Source of the DNA: Paraspadella gotoi
Lineage: Eukaryota; Animalia; Chaetognatha
Reading direction: 5' to 3'
DNA: 64,000 nt
NCBI GenBank assembly: GCA_051294375.1
Contig: CM119263.1
Location: forward strand, 2,550,182 to 2,614,181
The translations under genes and the position numbers were made by a program. Positions 1 to 13,240 of this stretch are shown one piece after another (the first letter of the stretch is position 1; each line of letters starts with the position of its first letter). The notes under the pieces are model-generated. The model had not been told where the DNA came from, did not search any database, and saw only the letters and a list, made by a program, of their open reading frames with translations.

Positions 1-52
1 CTTTATTAAAAAAAAAGTAACGAAATTTCAAGTTCAAAGACCAAATTTCAAC

Positions 53-1300
53 CGTCTGGCGATGATTGGTTGAGACTTCAAAAGTTCAAGGGCCTCAGGG
101 CAATAAAATAAAACGATGGCTCATACTATAGTCGTAGTCTGGGGCAAAACAGTCCAACGACAAATAAACTTTTAGGCAAAACTGAAAAAGACTAATTTTT
201 AAGCGTCTTAAAGAAATTTTTAATGCATGTACGTTCTCCATTGTTTCGAATAAATGAATAGAGTTTTTTTTACTAGACTTTAAAAAAGAATTACGAAGAA
301 TAAAATACAAACTAAATTGGAATATACATATTAGCCGTCGGACTTCAATATCCGCATTTTTTTTTGCATCGCGGATGAGATTAGATCCAAAACGATTAAG
401 TGATGGCGTTGAGGCATAATTATTATTCCAAATATTCGGAATTGTGGGCGCTTAACGTAAAAATAATCCATGTGATACCCAGAGGCGCTCCGGAGTAATC
501 CAGGGTAGGGAGAGCGCCCGGGGCAAGAAAGCGCGACCGAACGCAACGTTTCCTCTCTTTCTCTCTCTCTCTCTCCGGCGGGTGAACGAGTTCGCACGAG
601 GGGGTGGGTGGGGGAGAGAGAGAGCCAGCGGGGAAAAAAATCACTCGGTGTCGATTGATTAACGCGACTGAAAAAAGATCCGAAGGGGGAGGTGGAGGAA
701 TGAACGGGGTATTGTGGACGTCGAGACCCGTCGTTTCCCGAATTATCGGAACATAATCCAGTCGATAATGCACCGTGGAAGGAAAGGAGGAAGAAAGAGA
801 AGAGAAGAGAAGAGAAGAGAGAGAGAGAGAAAAAAAAAGAAACGGGTGGCCAGAGAGGGAGGGATGGAAGTAGTGGCCGACGGGCGAAGGAACGAACAGC
901 AAAAGCAGTGAGTGCAACTCGCAGATTCCTAGTCCTCCTCTTCTTTCCTCCTCGTCTCCTCTTCCTCGCGGAGAGAGACGGCTTCTTTCCCGGATTGGTG
1001 GGGAACCAGACTCGGCTCTTCCTCCTCCTCCTCCTCCTTATTCCTCCGGCGCGAGGAACACAAACTAGTGTAGTGGTCGTCGTGTCGGGGAAGCTCTGCC
1101 TTCCGAGCCAAAGAAGAAGAAGAGCGAAGAAAAGAAGGCATCGAGCCGCCTTGCTTTTTTTTTTCCTTTTGCTTTTTTCTTTTTCCAAGGGGACGATCGT
1201 GGGTGAGGGAGGGGGGGGAGGAGAAAGAACGCGAAGGCTGAAACCATCGCGAGGGGTCGATGCCGCGATCGACGCGGGAACGAGACTCATCCAATACCGT
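53..1300 (-). other. Probable 5' UTR exons of a gene whose CDS lies left of the window, containing a spliced uORF
   Basis: GC-rich, CT-microsatellite-rich block at ~457-1300 ending in a candidate donor (TAC|gttaag at 456). A second exon at 181-53 has a tttttcag acceptor and G|gttgaa donor, and all three of its frames contain stops. Confidence 0.45.
797..829. repeat. (AGAGA)n/(GA)n microsatellite
   Basis: Seen directly. Confidence 0.85.
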
Positions 1301-2140
1301 TTTTAAACATAGTAAAAATCTCAATTCGTGCCAAGTGTGGCCCAGTGTGGGAATATTCGCATAGATCAAATTTTCGCTAATCGAGTCAAACTAGAATGAG
1401 CGGATCTTAGGGCGGTATAATTACTTAATTTACCATAATTAAATTGTAAAGCAAAATTTTCGAATTTTCCAAGGACAATAAATTGTGATCTTTTGTTTTT
1501 ACAGGTTTTTCTTTCTGGGATGTCTTTCGCAGTTCAGGTGTGTGGTCAGATCTTGAGGTAACTTCATGTTTCTAGGTCCTGAAATTTTATCGAAATCTAA
1601 TGCAAATATGTTCTGAACTGTAGCAAGAAAACTATTGATGTGAGGCGTAATTTTAAGATAACTTGCTTCCTTCTCAAAAAAAATATGTGGTCTAGCATTT
1701 GAATTCCATACAACAAATCTGTCTTAGTTGCTATTGAAACTTTTCTTAGGTCATTTTTGCCACACTGCTCGATTATAACTCCTTTTTTCGACATACTGCT
1801 TGCTGAGCTAAATTATATTTTGACTGATAAAATTTTGTAATTTCTTTCATTTTCGCTTTTCATCATTCTCTGTCTTACTCAAGGGGACTTGTTTTCAACT
1901 TATTCCTTATGCCAATAAATTAACTGTGGTTGAAAGAGATTTTCAGAAGAACTGACTAAAGATCAATTTGCACACAAATTAAGATAATTTTGTTTTTAAA
2001 TTAATTTAAGATTTATAATAAAAAATTTACTATTGGCTGATGAAAAAGAAAACAAAACATTTCAGCGAAGAATGTCATTAGTTGGTATAATACGTATTAA
2101 AACGAAGTCACAGCTATATGTAAGTTTGAAAATTCAATCA

Positions 2141-5100
2141 TTAAGAATTATGCATATGATGTAATTGATGAGTAATGGATGGATCTTGTTTGTTGGATCG
2201 AAGTAGTTCTGAAACTTCGTCATGACCAGGCATAGAGGAATGTTCAAAATTGCTTATAACTCCTTTGGAGTCAGTATTCTCGTTTAAAAAACTAACGTGT
2301 TCTTTAGTAGAACGATTCGGAGCTCCTTTGTTGACTGACTCCAGACCCCACTCGGCTAAACCTTTGAGGGCATGAAGAGACGCAGCATCTTGTGACGCTT
2401 CCAAAGTCATTCCAGACCCATGACTCACCTACACGAATTGTTTACAACGATTTAACAAGATTTTATGGAGGAATGGCGCGTTAAAATTACTTTTTATAAA
2501 TGAATTATTTAGTTGATTATACTTTATGATTCAACTTTTTGATACCTACTACTTAACATTTATAATTTAGAATTACAACTATGTCCATCGTCCAGTTCAT
2601 TGGGGAAAAAGATATAGATAAAGATGCTCAATCCTCAGCCTAATTCATTGCTTACGGGTGATCTTAATCGATCCAACCGTGAATTTAGTCCCAAACAGAC
2701 AGGACAAATTAAGGCCCGTTATTTGCTAGTTTCAGAACTTCGGACCAGACTGTAGTCCGCGACTACAGGTGGGTTAGTCGTTCCGTCCCGCTTACTCGCG
2801 TTGACATCAACGGGGGGGAACCCGAGGCCGCTTGGTGGGAAGAGAGAATTCGCGGTCTTAGCCAATCGGGGTTGCGCTGATAGAATCAGGCGGGTGGTGA
2901 TAGTGAATGTGTTGCCTCAAACAAATTTTTCCCCCCCATTTACCATCAAACTTGATAAAAAGCCAATACTACTTAGATGCTGCACATAAAATATTCGTTG
3001 TCATTGATTTACCTGAGGAGGGTTGGTAGTCAAAGAAACTAAAGATAAATACTCTTGCCCATGCCCTTTTTTGGGAAAGTCTGTGAAATTGACATTGAAA
3101 CCTACGAAAAAGAAAAATTCGGTTAGGCTGGCTATGTTATTAGCTTGTATGTCCGAAGTCAGGAGCAAGAGAACAAAACTACTAGACTACTGTAGAGTCT
3201 TGAGAATCTAAGAGAATATTGGTGAAAAACTCATAGGGTATTGCTATGTTATAATCTTCTAAGAGGGATGGAGGCCTTAACCCATCATAGCCATCTGAGT
3301 CTAATGTCAGGGGCATTATTGTTGTTCCAATTTAATAAGACTAACCCAACACTTTGGCAAGATAAATTAGCTGTTGCTTAGGAGGAACAGCTTGAGAGGA
3401 TTCGACGGGAGATCTCGGAAGAATTGCAACGGAGCCAGAAGTAACTTTTCCGCTGATAATTGAATTCGAGGGATCTAGTTTGTCGACAGAAGATAAATTG
3501 GTTGGTAGATAGGCGTTTTGATGAAAAGGCCCACCATTAGTAAAATGACCTCCGCCATTTAAAGTTACGGTGTTTGCAACCTGTTAAAACAATTTTAACA
3601 AAAGTAGTAATTTAACGAACTCAATCGAGATAAAAAATTCGTCATAATTGATTATTTTTACGATTTAGTTACAATTTATTTTTCATCAATTACTTACGAT
3701 TAAAACAAATTAATATCAAACGGCGATCAATTAAATCAAATTAATCGAGAGGCACACGGGACCTGCTATGTCATTATCCTGTCCAAAGTCAGGGGCAAGA
3801 TAGCTTATTTATTAAATGAATGGATAACTTTTATATTGGTTGTACAAATTTCATTAAACAGTTTCAAATGTTTAAATCAAAATGTTTTTAAAAAAATCAT
3901 TTTTTCAAATTTTTACAAAAATATACTTCGATTAAATAATTCGACATTTAAAAATGCTTACAATGAAAATACTGCAATTCCATTTATACCTGCGGAGGCA
4001 CAAGTTGACTGTGGATTATCGAAGCTGATGAACCATTGGTTAAACAAAAATTTGTCTCATTAACAACCATTAACGAAACGCTTGAATCAGTCGATTCACT
4101 TTTTGAAGCGTTGCTAAGAATGGCTTCCGCAGTAGGTGATGTGCCCTGAAAGCCCACATATAAATTCGTTCAATGTTTTTAAACCAATGTTATGTTTGAT
4201 AACAATATTTATTTCCGGAATAATTTGAAAAGGTATAAAAACCGCTAACCACCTGGTTAAGTAGTTCTTGTGCAATTGTCGCAGTCATTTGTTGAGACAT
4301 GGGCGCCTGAAAATTTGAAAGCAGGACGGTTTCGTAAGTTTTCGAATAATTTACATAGAATAGTATTTAAATATTTCCATAACACTATTTCAATTTATAT
4401 TACCTGATTATCTTTGGCCTTCAATGTTGTAGCTTCAATATTGCTGCTTGAGTTACAAAAAGTTGCCGATGATCCTTCTGGCATGAAAATTACTCCAGGC
4501 AATTGCTGAAAAATATTGAAAAATAATTTTCTTAAAAAACATTTGTCATTCGAAAAGGAAAAGTTCATACTTTTGGGAAATCATCAAATGGTAGTTTTCG
4601 ATACATGAAACAATCCTTAAAATGAAACAAAAGCTGTCCGGTGCGATCAGGGTTAGAAAAGCAAGGAAAGGCTCATAGACTTATACCTGCAAAGAATTGC
4701 CGCATTTTCTATTTTTTCTGTAAATTTGACCAGCGCCATCCACTAAACCTCTTTCCGCAGCAGCATCCGATAAGGTAAACGTCACCTGAAAAAAAATTAC
4801 GTCAAGGTAGAAAGGAACACAGATGATTAAAAGACAAACAATGTCGCGTAAAAAACGCGATTTTTAACATTAAGCTTAATTAGCTAGAACAAAGAAATGA
4901 CTTTTTAAAAAGGGCAATTTTTATCGCTACAGTTTTAAACCTTTTTATTAGCAGTTTCGGCAGTAGGAGTGCTTCCAGGAGTTCGAATCGCCGGTTTATC
5001 GGGTTGAGGAGACGGTCTCGAATAGCCCATTATCTGAAGCATGATTTCAGCTGCAGAGCGTTTTGCGAGCTTTTTATTCGGTCCATTCCCCGTACAGCTG

Positions 5101-7730
5101 TTTTCGTTGACTGTAACCTAAAACCCAAGGGTTAATACCGTAATTATTATTTAAAAAAAAAAAAGCTTCAATAAAGAACGAACCATTTGTAAAACATCTT
5201 CACCTGCATAACGAACTCTCTCCGTCGAGGAAGCCCTCTTTCGGTGAGAAGAGTAAAAACCGGTTCTTTCTCTCTTTTAGCTTGTTGAATTTGAATAAGG
5301 CGACTAATAGGATTGATGCCTTGGCCGTAATCTTGGTTCCCTTTCTGGACTTTGATTAGATTCTGCCTTTTCTTCTTGGGAGCCGTCTTAACCTTGTGCA
5401 ACGCCAATTCTTCATCTTCATCAGGAGGCATTGGCGGCAACTCCCGCAGCAATTTTATCATTTCCTCTGCAGCTTTTTTCTTTGAAACCTACGACGCGTG
5501 GGAGACAATAAATCAAAACAAAGACTTGAAAATAAAAAGTTGAAAATAAAAACTGAGAACTTGGGCGTTAAGCGAACTGATGGCGTTTATTATAGTAGTT
5601 TCTTGAAAAGCATTTCTTTTCCTTTTTACAGAATAACACGCCACCAAACAACGAGAACGAATTTACCCATCTTTAAATGGCATGTCTAAGGCCATTCCCC
5701 TTCTCTCCGTGTGATGCTCACCTTTTTTCCATTTCCCTCGGCTTCGGTCTTTAACGACAACCGTTCCTCATCGCCGAGCGGTGCGCCGCCCTCGACGACG
5801 CACTGCGTCACGTACATTCTCATGTGAGGCGGACCGGACTCTTTGATCACGTGAAAGTCGACAGTGAGACGCCGTTTGAGAGCGATTTCGTGAACGAGAC
5901 TGATTTCCGATTTTAGTTGATCATCCTCTTCGGGAGGAGACGATGGGTCTTTGGCCTCTCCCGTCACTGGCTCATCGCCGAAGCTCGATCCCTCGTCGTC
6001 GTCGTCGTCGTCGTCGTCGATCGGAGCGGCCGTCACGTTCTCCACGTCCAGCGATCCCGGCACGGGTTCGTCGCAGTCCGTGGACGACCGGGATCTCTGC
6101 CTCCCTTCCACCTCGTGGCTCGACTCGAGATTCCGAATGCAGGCGAGAGCTTTGGTAGCCGCCTGATGTCGGGCCAGTTGGCGCGTGGCTCCGTAGCCTA
6201 AGAATTCGCGGGAACCAACTTTGAGGTTGACGCAAAAGAGTTTGGCGGCGCGGGCGGCGTGGTAACGTTGATTGTAGGCGCCGCGGAAGTCGTATGATGG
6301 AGGAATGTAGGGTGGGGGAATGGCGGGGTGAGGAAAGGGAGGACGCGCCAGAGGGAAAACCCCGTTGACCGGATGAGGATGTGAAAGGGGAATCCGCGAA
6401 GGGGGGCGGAGGGGCGGAGGGGCAAAGGATACCGAGGCGCGAAATCGGAAGACGGAATCGCAAAATGACTAGAAAGGTTTCCCGGAGGCGGAAGGCCCGG
6501 AACAGGGAGTAGAGTTTGATAATGAAGGGGTGGCGTTTGTTGATGGCTGCTGAACCCAAGGAGTGGTTGGTTCAGGTGCTCCAAAGTCGTGTACAACGGG
6601 ACGTCCCCGCGTTTCATGGCTAACGCGTTCAGTTCGACCGTCGGGGTGAGAGAGTTGATGACGAAGGATTCTCGGTTGCGGTTCACTCTGTTAGGATGAG
6701 ACGGGATGTTAAGCCTCAAGTATTATTTTTTTTTTAAATCTTGTTTATAAATATATGTTTAAAGAAAATAATTTTGCCACAACATAATTTTTTACCGAGA
6801 AATGGGATGCTTGTATTTAGTCTCGACCAACGCTTTGTCCGCTGCTGCATGTTGGGATTTTTTTATGCTCGGTCCCGAGGCTGCGAATTCTTCTTCTCCG
6901 AGTTTCAAGACAACAGAAAACGTTTTCTGCAAATGTTAAAAAATCATTAAAACTAAATTGCCGTAAGGCGTAACCAAATTCCATCGGACAAAAAGTAAAA
7001 GACAATATGGAAAAGGATGCCTATCTGAGCAATTCGTCTGTAGCACACAAGGTTTGTAATTTTGGTTACCATCACGTCCAGTCATTAACTCTTACTTTTC
7101 GCCTCAAGTGACAAATAAGTATGGGCTGCTGAACTCAAAGCCAACAGCGTCTTTTAAAACAAGTTATAGTTACCTTGTGGGCGGGTCCCGTCTCATCCAC
7201 AAGTTTATACTGAACGAAAAAGTAAACGGGTAAAGTTTATTTCATTAGCAAAAAACGGGGTTGTGGGATGGAAAATAGATGAAAATTGAGAAAAAAAATC
7301 TATAAAGAGAAGTTAAATGTAAAAAATAGTAACGAAGGATTAAAAACTACCTGATGAGATATTTTATTGAACCGCGCCAGTTCATTTATCAAACACATTG
7401 GGGTTTTTTCTTTGTTGTTTCCTAAGCCAGTTGATTCTCCGATCGCAAGAGACTGCGCATCAGCTGTTGCAGGACAAGTCGATGAAGAAACTGAAGGGGT
7501 TCTCGGAACAGTTGAAACTTCTGTCGGGAGCGATAAAAAATTAACCCAAGTAAAAATAAAAAAACGCTTTTTAGTTGTGTGAGGTTTTTTTTATACATTT
7601 TACCTTTTGACAGAGAAGGTCTGTTTCCTATTGTGGTTGTTGTTATTGCTGTGGTCACCGGTGACTGGCATGAAGGAAGCGGTCGTATCAAGACACCATT
7701 AACTGAAGAGGCAGCTACGGTCGCCGACAT
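2141..7730 (-). CDS. stau: Staufen dsRNA-binding protein (multi-exon, 5 dsRBDs)
   Basis: dsRBD1 [34 protein letters not shown]; split dsRBD2 [14 protein letters not shown]...[12 protein letters not shown]...[10 protein letters not shown]; dsRBD3 [21 protein letters not shown]; dsRBD4 [24 protein letters not shown]; swapping motif [10 protein letters not shown]; dsRBD5 [21 protein letters not shown]...SHGSG. GT-AG introns. One apparent frameshift near 6300-6470. Confidence 0.95.
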
Positions 7731-8552
7731 GATTGTCTTATACTACTAATAAATATAAAGGACATTATTAAAAATCGAAAATTCGCCGTTACAAATAATA
7801 ACTTATTACTCACGTTGCGCAAAAATACTGGAAAGAAGTGGAAAATGTCAGGAATGTATTCATCGAAATTAGGCTGCCCTTGGTAAACAGCAGGGAAAAG
7901 TCACGGACAACTAAACCCAACAAATTTTGCTCAGGTTACATAGATTCTCAGCAGCTGCAGCTCAGATGCGCAGCGCAGCGCAGTATAGACAAAAGAACCC
8001 TGAGAGAAAAACTGACACTTCTCATTGTAGCAATTGCCTATGTATAATATGAGAAAAGAACCAAAACATCTAGAAATAAATGTAGTTACTAAATATAAAA
8101 AAATCTAACTCTAAACTTGATTATTTTGCTCAAAGTCAAATGCTAGGCACTTAAAATTTATTGCAACTTCTTACTATAGACTAATAGAGTCTTTTCGAAG
8201 CTCTTCTTCTCAATGCTACTGCTACTATAACTGCTTCCAAAATATGTTATATCTATGGATTTCATTTTCCACAAGATATAAAAATACAACAAAATTTGGA
8301 AAAAAATTCTTGCATAACCAATTTAGCTATATTTACATCTTCAAATCTAAAATGAGTTAAAATAATTATCTCGGTGCATAGAAAACAAGTTTCCAAGCCT
8401 AGCTTAATCCGGATTCTGGATGGGAACGCAGTTATTTCGAACAACAGCTATGCTTAAATAATAACACAATTCGGTACCAATACAATATCTTCGAAAAGTT
8501 TGAGTTTGAGTTTCGATCCGAGAAGAGGGAGAACGAGTAGAAACCCCTTCGC

Positions 8553-9670
8553 CTAATCCGTTCCCCGCGAGAGAGCGTCCCACTTGTTTTGCAATGAGAC
8601 GTCGGTGATGAGCTTTCCGGATCTCTCGTTGAAGGGCGACTGTGACTTGACTTTGGGATTGCCCTTTCCGCCGAGGCTGGAGCCAAGAGATGGAAAGAGT
8701 TCTTCGTTGCTAATGTCCGGCGCGGATTTGGGATTCCGCCGGACGCCGGGAGGGACGCCGGTCTTGCCGCTGGCCGCCGCTTTCATCGCCGCTCGTTGCG
8801 CGGGCGGGATGTACTTTTGCGGGGCGGCGTTTTCTTGGGGTTTCTCTTCGACAGTACTTTCCACTTCCGTCGTCGATTCCTTCGTCCTCGAATTGGCGGC
8901 GGCGGCAGCCGCCTCGGGGATTTTCCAAACTTGGACGCCGCCGCACGAAATCGCCTTTCCTTCTTCGTCGTATTCTACGGTAAATCAAACTAAAGATCAA
9001 GAGGTGAATATGAAAATAATAATAATAATAATAAAATAAGACGTCGAACAATTATTCAATGCAATTGAAAACAATGTAGTGACAAAAGGAAACATTCCGC
9101 GTTTATTAATACGCGTGAAATCAAAATACTATCCTCGACTAACTTACCGATTTCCTCGTCAACATCCTCGACCGACTCTTCGATCTTCAACTTTTGAATT
9201 CTGAGTCCAGAGTAATCGGCTTCTTTCTCCAGAGCGAAATCGTTCCATTCTTGGTCATCGTCTTTTCCTTGCTCTAACCTTGGCGACTCCTTCATTTGGC
9301 GGGAGGGGGAGGGTTAATGATGTAATTCTATCCATTATATGCAAAACTATGTGTATATTTCGTCTCGTTTTCATTAAGAGGCGTAACACTGTACTTTAAG
9401 ATGGGACGAAGCAACACAAAGGCCACGCCCATAAAAATTCTAAAAGAGACCGAAGGGGCGGACCTGAATTTTCTCGACGGCGTCCGACTTGGTCTCGCTT
9501 CCCTCGGCGTCCTCTAACTTTCCAGTTTTATTTTTCTTTTTTTTGGGTTTTTCGGCGACGGGGTTGAAATCGTCGGCGGTGAAGACGCTCTTAGTCTTTT
9601 TAGTCTTTTTCTTATCTTTCTTGGCAAAGAAATCGTCGAGGGTTTCGCTCGCGTCTCCCGGCATTTGCAT
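8553..9670 (-). CDS. CDV3: CDV3 homolog (3 exons)
   Basis: N-terminal TLDDFFAKKDKKK; EWNDF...DYSGLRIQKL; KYIPPAQR; APDISNEELFPSL; C-terminal LQNKWDAL. These match recalled CDV3 family motifs. Confidence 0.88.
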
Positions 9671-11459
9671 CTTGGAAAACAAGGTTTATCACATTGACCT
9701 GGAAACGTAGTTATTAATTAACGCGACGGTAAAAAAATTTCAAGATAAGATAACACTTTCCAGCTATATAATTATAATAGAATATGATGTACCAGGGAAG
9801 TGAGGAATCAAATTAGTGATTTTACATGTATGAAAACAGAATGACAAATTCAATTACGTTCCCCTTAATACAATAATTTAAATGAAGTTGTGAAATAACT
9901 TGTCACGTTTCAATTTCGAGGAAGATAAGAATATTGATGACGTACAATGACGTATTCACTTTTATGCGTAGATTTAGAGAAACATGTGCCTGACTAATCT
10001 TAAGGTGAAGCAAACCGAATGTTGCAGACCATCTGCTTTGAATCTCTAAATAGACAAAAGGTTAACGCTAAGTAGTATAGCACTAAGATCTTATCTACAA
10101 TTTCACTAAGTTCTATTAACAATTCTTTTCAACATGTACCCGGTGCAATTACCGTACACTTTTTGAAAAAAATTATGCGGCTGATTGTTACTCCTAATAT
10201 TTTCACATTTAAACTTTTACCTATTTCTGGTTAAAACTCGCATACCGAGACACAATGAATCATGGAGAACTTTATTAAGGATTTTCCTATAATAAAATGC
10301 GTGAAAAGAGACTCACCGATAGGTCAAACCATCCGTTCAGATAATATTTAGTAAACGCCTATCTTTGAAAAAAAAGTTTGTTTTTTTTGCCTTTTGATCT
10401 GAATATACTAATTCTATTACATGTTTCAATAGTATTTCTAAAAATATTTCAAAATGTCAAGAAATTTAAAAGAAAACTAATATGATACTAAATAGATAAC
10501 TAAATCGTAGGCACTATGAAAATATTTAAATTAATTTTAATTTTAGGTCAAAAGTGATTTTAATATGAATATTTACAGTTTATTGTTCATAGCGCCCTCC
10601 AAGCAATTGACTGGCTAATGTCTATTTCCAAACCACTTTTGGTGTTTAAAACGATGAAATAATAAGCATAATAATTCTAATTTGGGCATTAAGATATGAC
10701 AGAGGACAAGCATAATATACTACCATGCTATTAACAACAAAAACAGAACAGGACCCTTACAAACTACTGATTGTTTTTTAAAATATACAGCTTTTCACAT
10801 GTATAAGCACCATGGCACATAAATATAAGAATATGGAACTAAATTACCCTTTTCGGAAGAAAAAAAAATCAACTGATGGAAATATTAGCGCTATAATACT
10901 CAAACTCCCTGCCGCACTAAAACTTCTACTAAATATATTTGAAATATGCTTATTGCTTTTTAAAGTACGTTTGGCTAATGACTTGAAAGGATCGAGCTTT
11001 AGAAAGATACATCCTTCATGACAGTTTGCTAACTATACTTAATATATCATACAAACTGTAACTTATAAAAAACTATGATATGGCACCGGCATTGAAAAAA
11101 AAAATCGCTATTTTTTGAAAAGAATACATAAATAGAAAATTCTAAAAATGTTACAGCTTAAACCTATAAAATTTATAACATTAGCCCCCCAAAAATTAAA
11201 TAAAAGAGAATAAGCGTCAAGCCAATTGAGATGACGGAGAGTATCGGGAAAATAACAAAAAAAAGTAAAAAATCTAAATTTATATCCTACCATCACATTT
11301 AATCCTTTTTTTCTGATTTCATGTGTGATGATCAACTAAGACTTATTATACAAAAAAATATTTGGTTTCATGTAGGACTGTAGTTTGGAAATTCCCAAAT
11401 ATGACAATAATTATGATATAATAGTTTTATAACATTTTTAGAAAAAATGAATACCCAAT

Positions 11460-12063
11460 AGAGCGTAGTGAAAGTTACGTACGGAAATTCTAAAAAGTCA
11501 ATTATGAACAACATACCATCAGTGAACATTAATTTGTAAAAAAAAATAATTTTATGTTTTTTAATTTTCGCAGTAGGCTATATTCATATATAATACTATA
11601 CTTATAAACTTGAAAAATTTCAAAATAAGCTTTCCTTAATTTCGATTACAGATTTGAATTCTTAGTCAAAAGTTGATAAAAGAAAATATAATCATTTTTA
11701 AAAATTCTTTTATTAAGTGGGTTAAAAATTAAAAAAAACTATATTTAATATATAAAAATTTAATTTTCAGCTTAAAATATAGTTTTTTCTAATTTTTGAC
11801 CCACTTAATGAAATAATTTTTCAAAAAGAGTTATATTTCTTTTATATCAACTTTTTATGACGAATCCAAATCTGCAAAAAATCTTAAAAAAACTGTTTTG
11901 AAATTTTAATATTTATTGGATTATACTAGTATAAATATGGCTTACTGCGTAAATTGTAAATTTATTATAAATTTTTTTATACATAAATGTTCATTAGTTA
12001 ATGTTGATCGTTCCTCACTTTTAGAATTTTAATTAAAAGTTAAATTTAGAAATTTTACTACGC
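11460..12063. mobile_element. ~600 bp imperfect palindrome (foldback/MITE-like)
   Basis: Paired arms around ~11760: gcgtagtgaaa/tttactacgc, aaattctaaaaagt/acttttagaattt, tgaacatt/aatgttca, cgcagtaggctatatt/aatatggcttactgcg, attaagtgggttaaaaatt/aatttttgacccacttaat. Confidence 0.75.
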
Positions 12064-12958
12064 CTTAATACCCAAGGATAATAAAATTCATAATTATATT
12101 ATCTTAAATTTAAAATATAAATCGCTTCCATGCAGTTGATTTTATGAATCATTATTAATAAACTAGTCAATGAATTAAGTGATTTCAAGTAATTATTTAA
12201 AACAAGTACATGAATCTAATAATTAAAGAAAAATCTCATTTTAGTACCCATGCTTATGAAGAATTTCTCATGGCTACCAGTTATCCGACAGCATGAACCA
12301 AGATGGGAACTTGCCATCGAACAACACAGAAACGGCGATAAACGTTTATGTAAAAGTAACGAGAAAAGGTAGATAAGCTGACGCGAATGGCAAAAAACTA
12401 AGTGCTCAAATCCATATCTAAATAAAAATGCCGGAGTAAAAAAAAATCACAGAAACTGGTGAGAGGTGCCTTTAGGGAAGAGAAGCCCTTCACCAGGTAA
12501 TATATAATCTTGCCCTATAACGTAATAGACACACTTTCTCTTCACTTTTCAACTCGAATGAAAATTGGAATAAATAGGTTCGTTAAGTCGTCTTGTTATA
12601 ACAGAACGAAAAGCTGCTCCATCATGCGGAATCGCAGATAATATTCTGATTGGAAATTGTAAAGATTGGAAAGTAAAAGCATCTTTGAAACTTGACTATT
12701 ATTTCCTTGTGGCAAATAAAGTTATAAATACGATAAAGCTGAGGTTTACCTAATCATCATTATTAGTATTTGAATTAAAAAAAAAACAAAAAACCCATGG
12801 TGTACTTTTACCTCCAAATCCAATTGTCACAATTGTTCTGATATCTTTAAAAGAGACCAACTCGCGCAGGGCGGAGCACTTTCATTAAAATGTCCACAAT
12901 GGAACCCGGGTAAATGAAACCCAATTAAGGAAGTTTTAGTCGGTTACTCGAGAGGAGG

Positions 12959-13240
12959 CCTCATCCCTCGTCGATCCAGTCGCCCCATCCCTCGTCGATC
13001 CAGTAGACCTCATCCTTCGTCGATCCAGTAGACCTCATCCCTCGTCGATCCAGTTATAGACCTCATTCCCTCGTCGCTCCAGTCGCCCTCATCCCTCGTC
13101 GCTCCAGTCGCCCTCATCCCTCGTCGCTCCAGTCGCCCTCATCCCTCGTCGCTCCAGTCGCCCTCATCCTCGTCGCTCCAGTCGCCCTCATCCTCGTCGC
13201 TCCAGGTCGCCCTCATCCCTCGTCGCTCCAGTCGCCCTCA
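12959..13240. repeat. Tandem array of ~11 copies of a 24-28 bp unit (consensus cctcatccctcgtcgctccagtcgc) overlapping the WAVE stop codon
   Basis: Units counted by eye. On the minus strand the unit reads GAG GGC GAC TGG AGC GAC GAG GGA TGA = EGDWSDEG*. Confidence 0.95.

Noticed and set aside
331-1369. Long overlapping ORFs (e.g. 319 aa)
   Set aside because: Produced by GC-rich and CT/GA low-complexity sequence; no domain content.
6478-6484. In-frame G GGA AAC slippery heptamer in Staufen (minus strand)
   Set aside because: A -1 slip there meets TAG within three codons, so it cannot explain the frame switch.
12959-13240. CRISPR-like regular 25-bp repeats
   Set aside because: No unique spacers, no cas genes, eukaryotic context; it is a tandem minisatellite.
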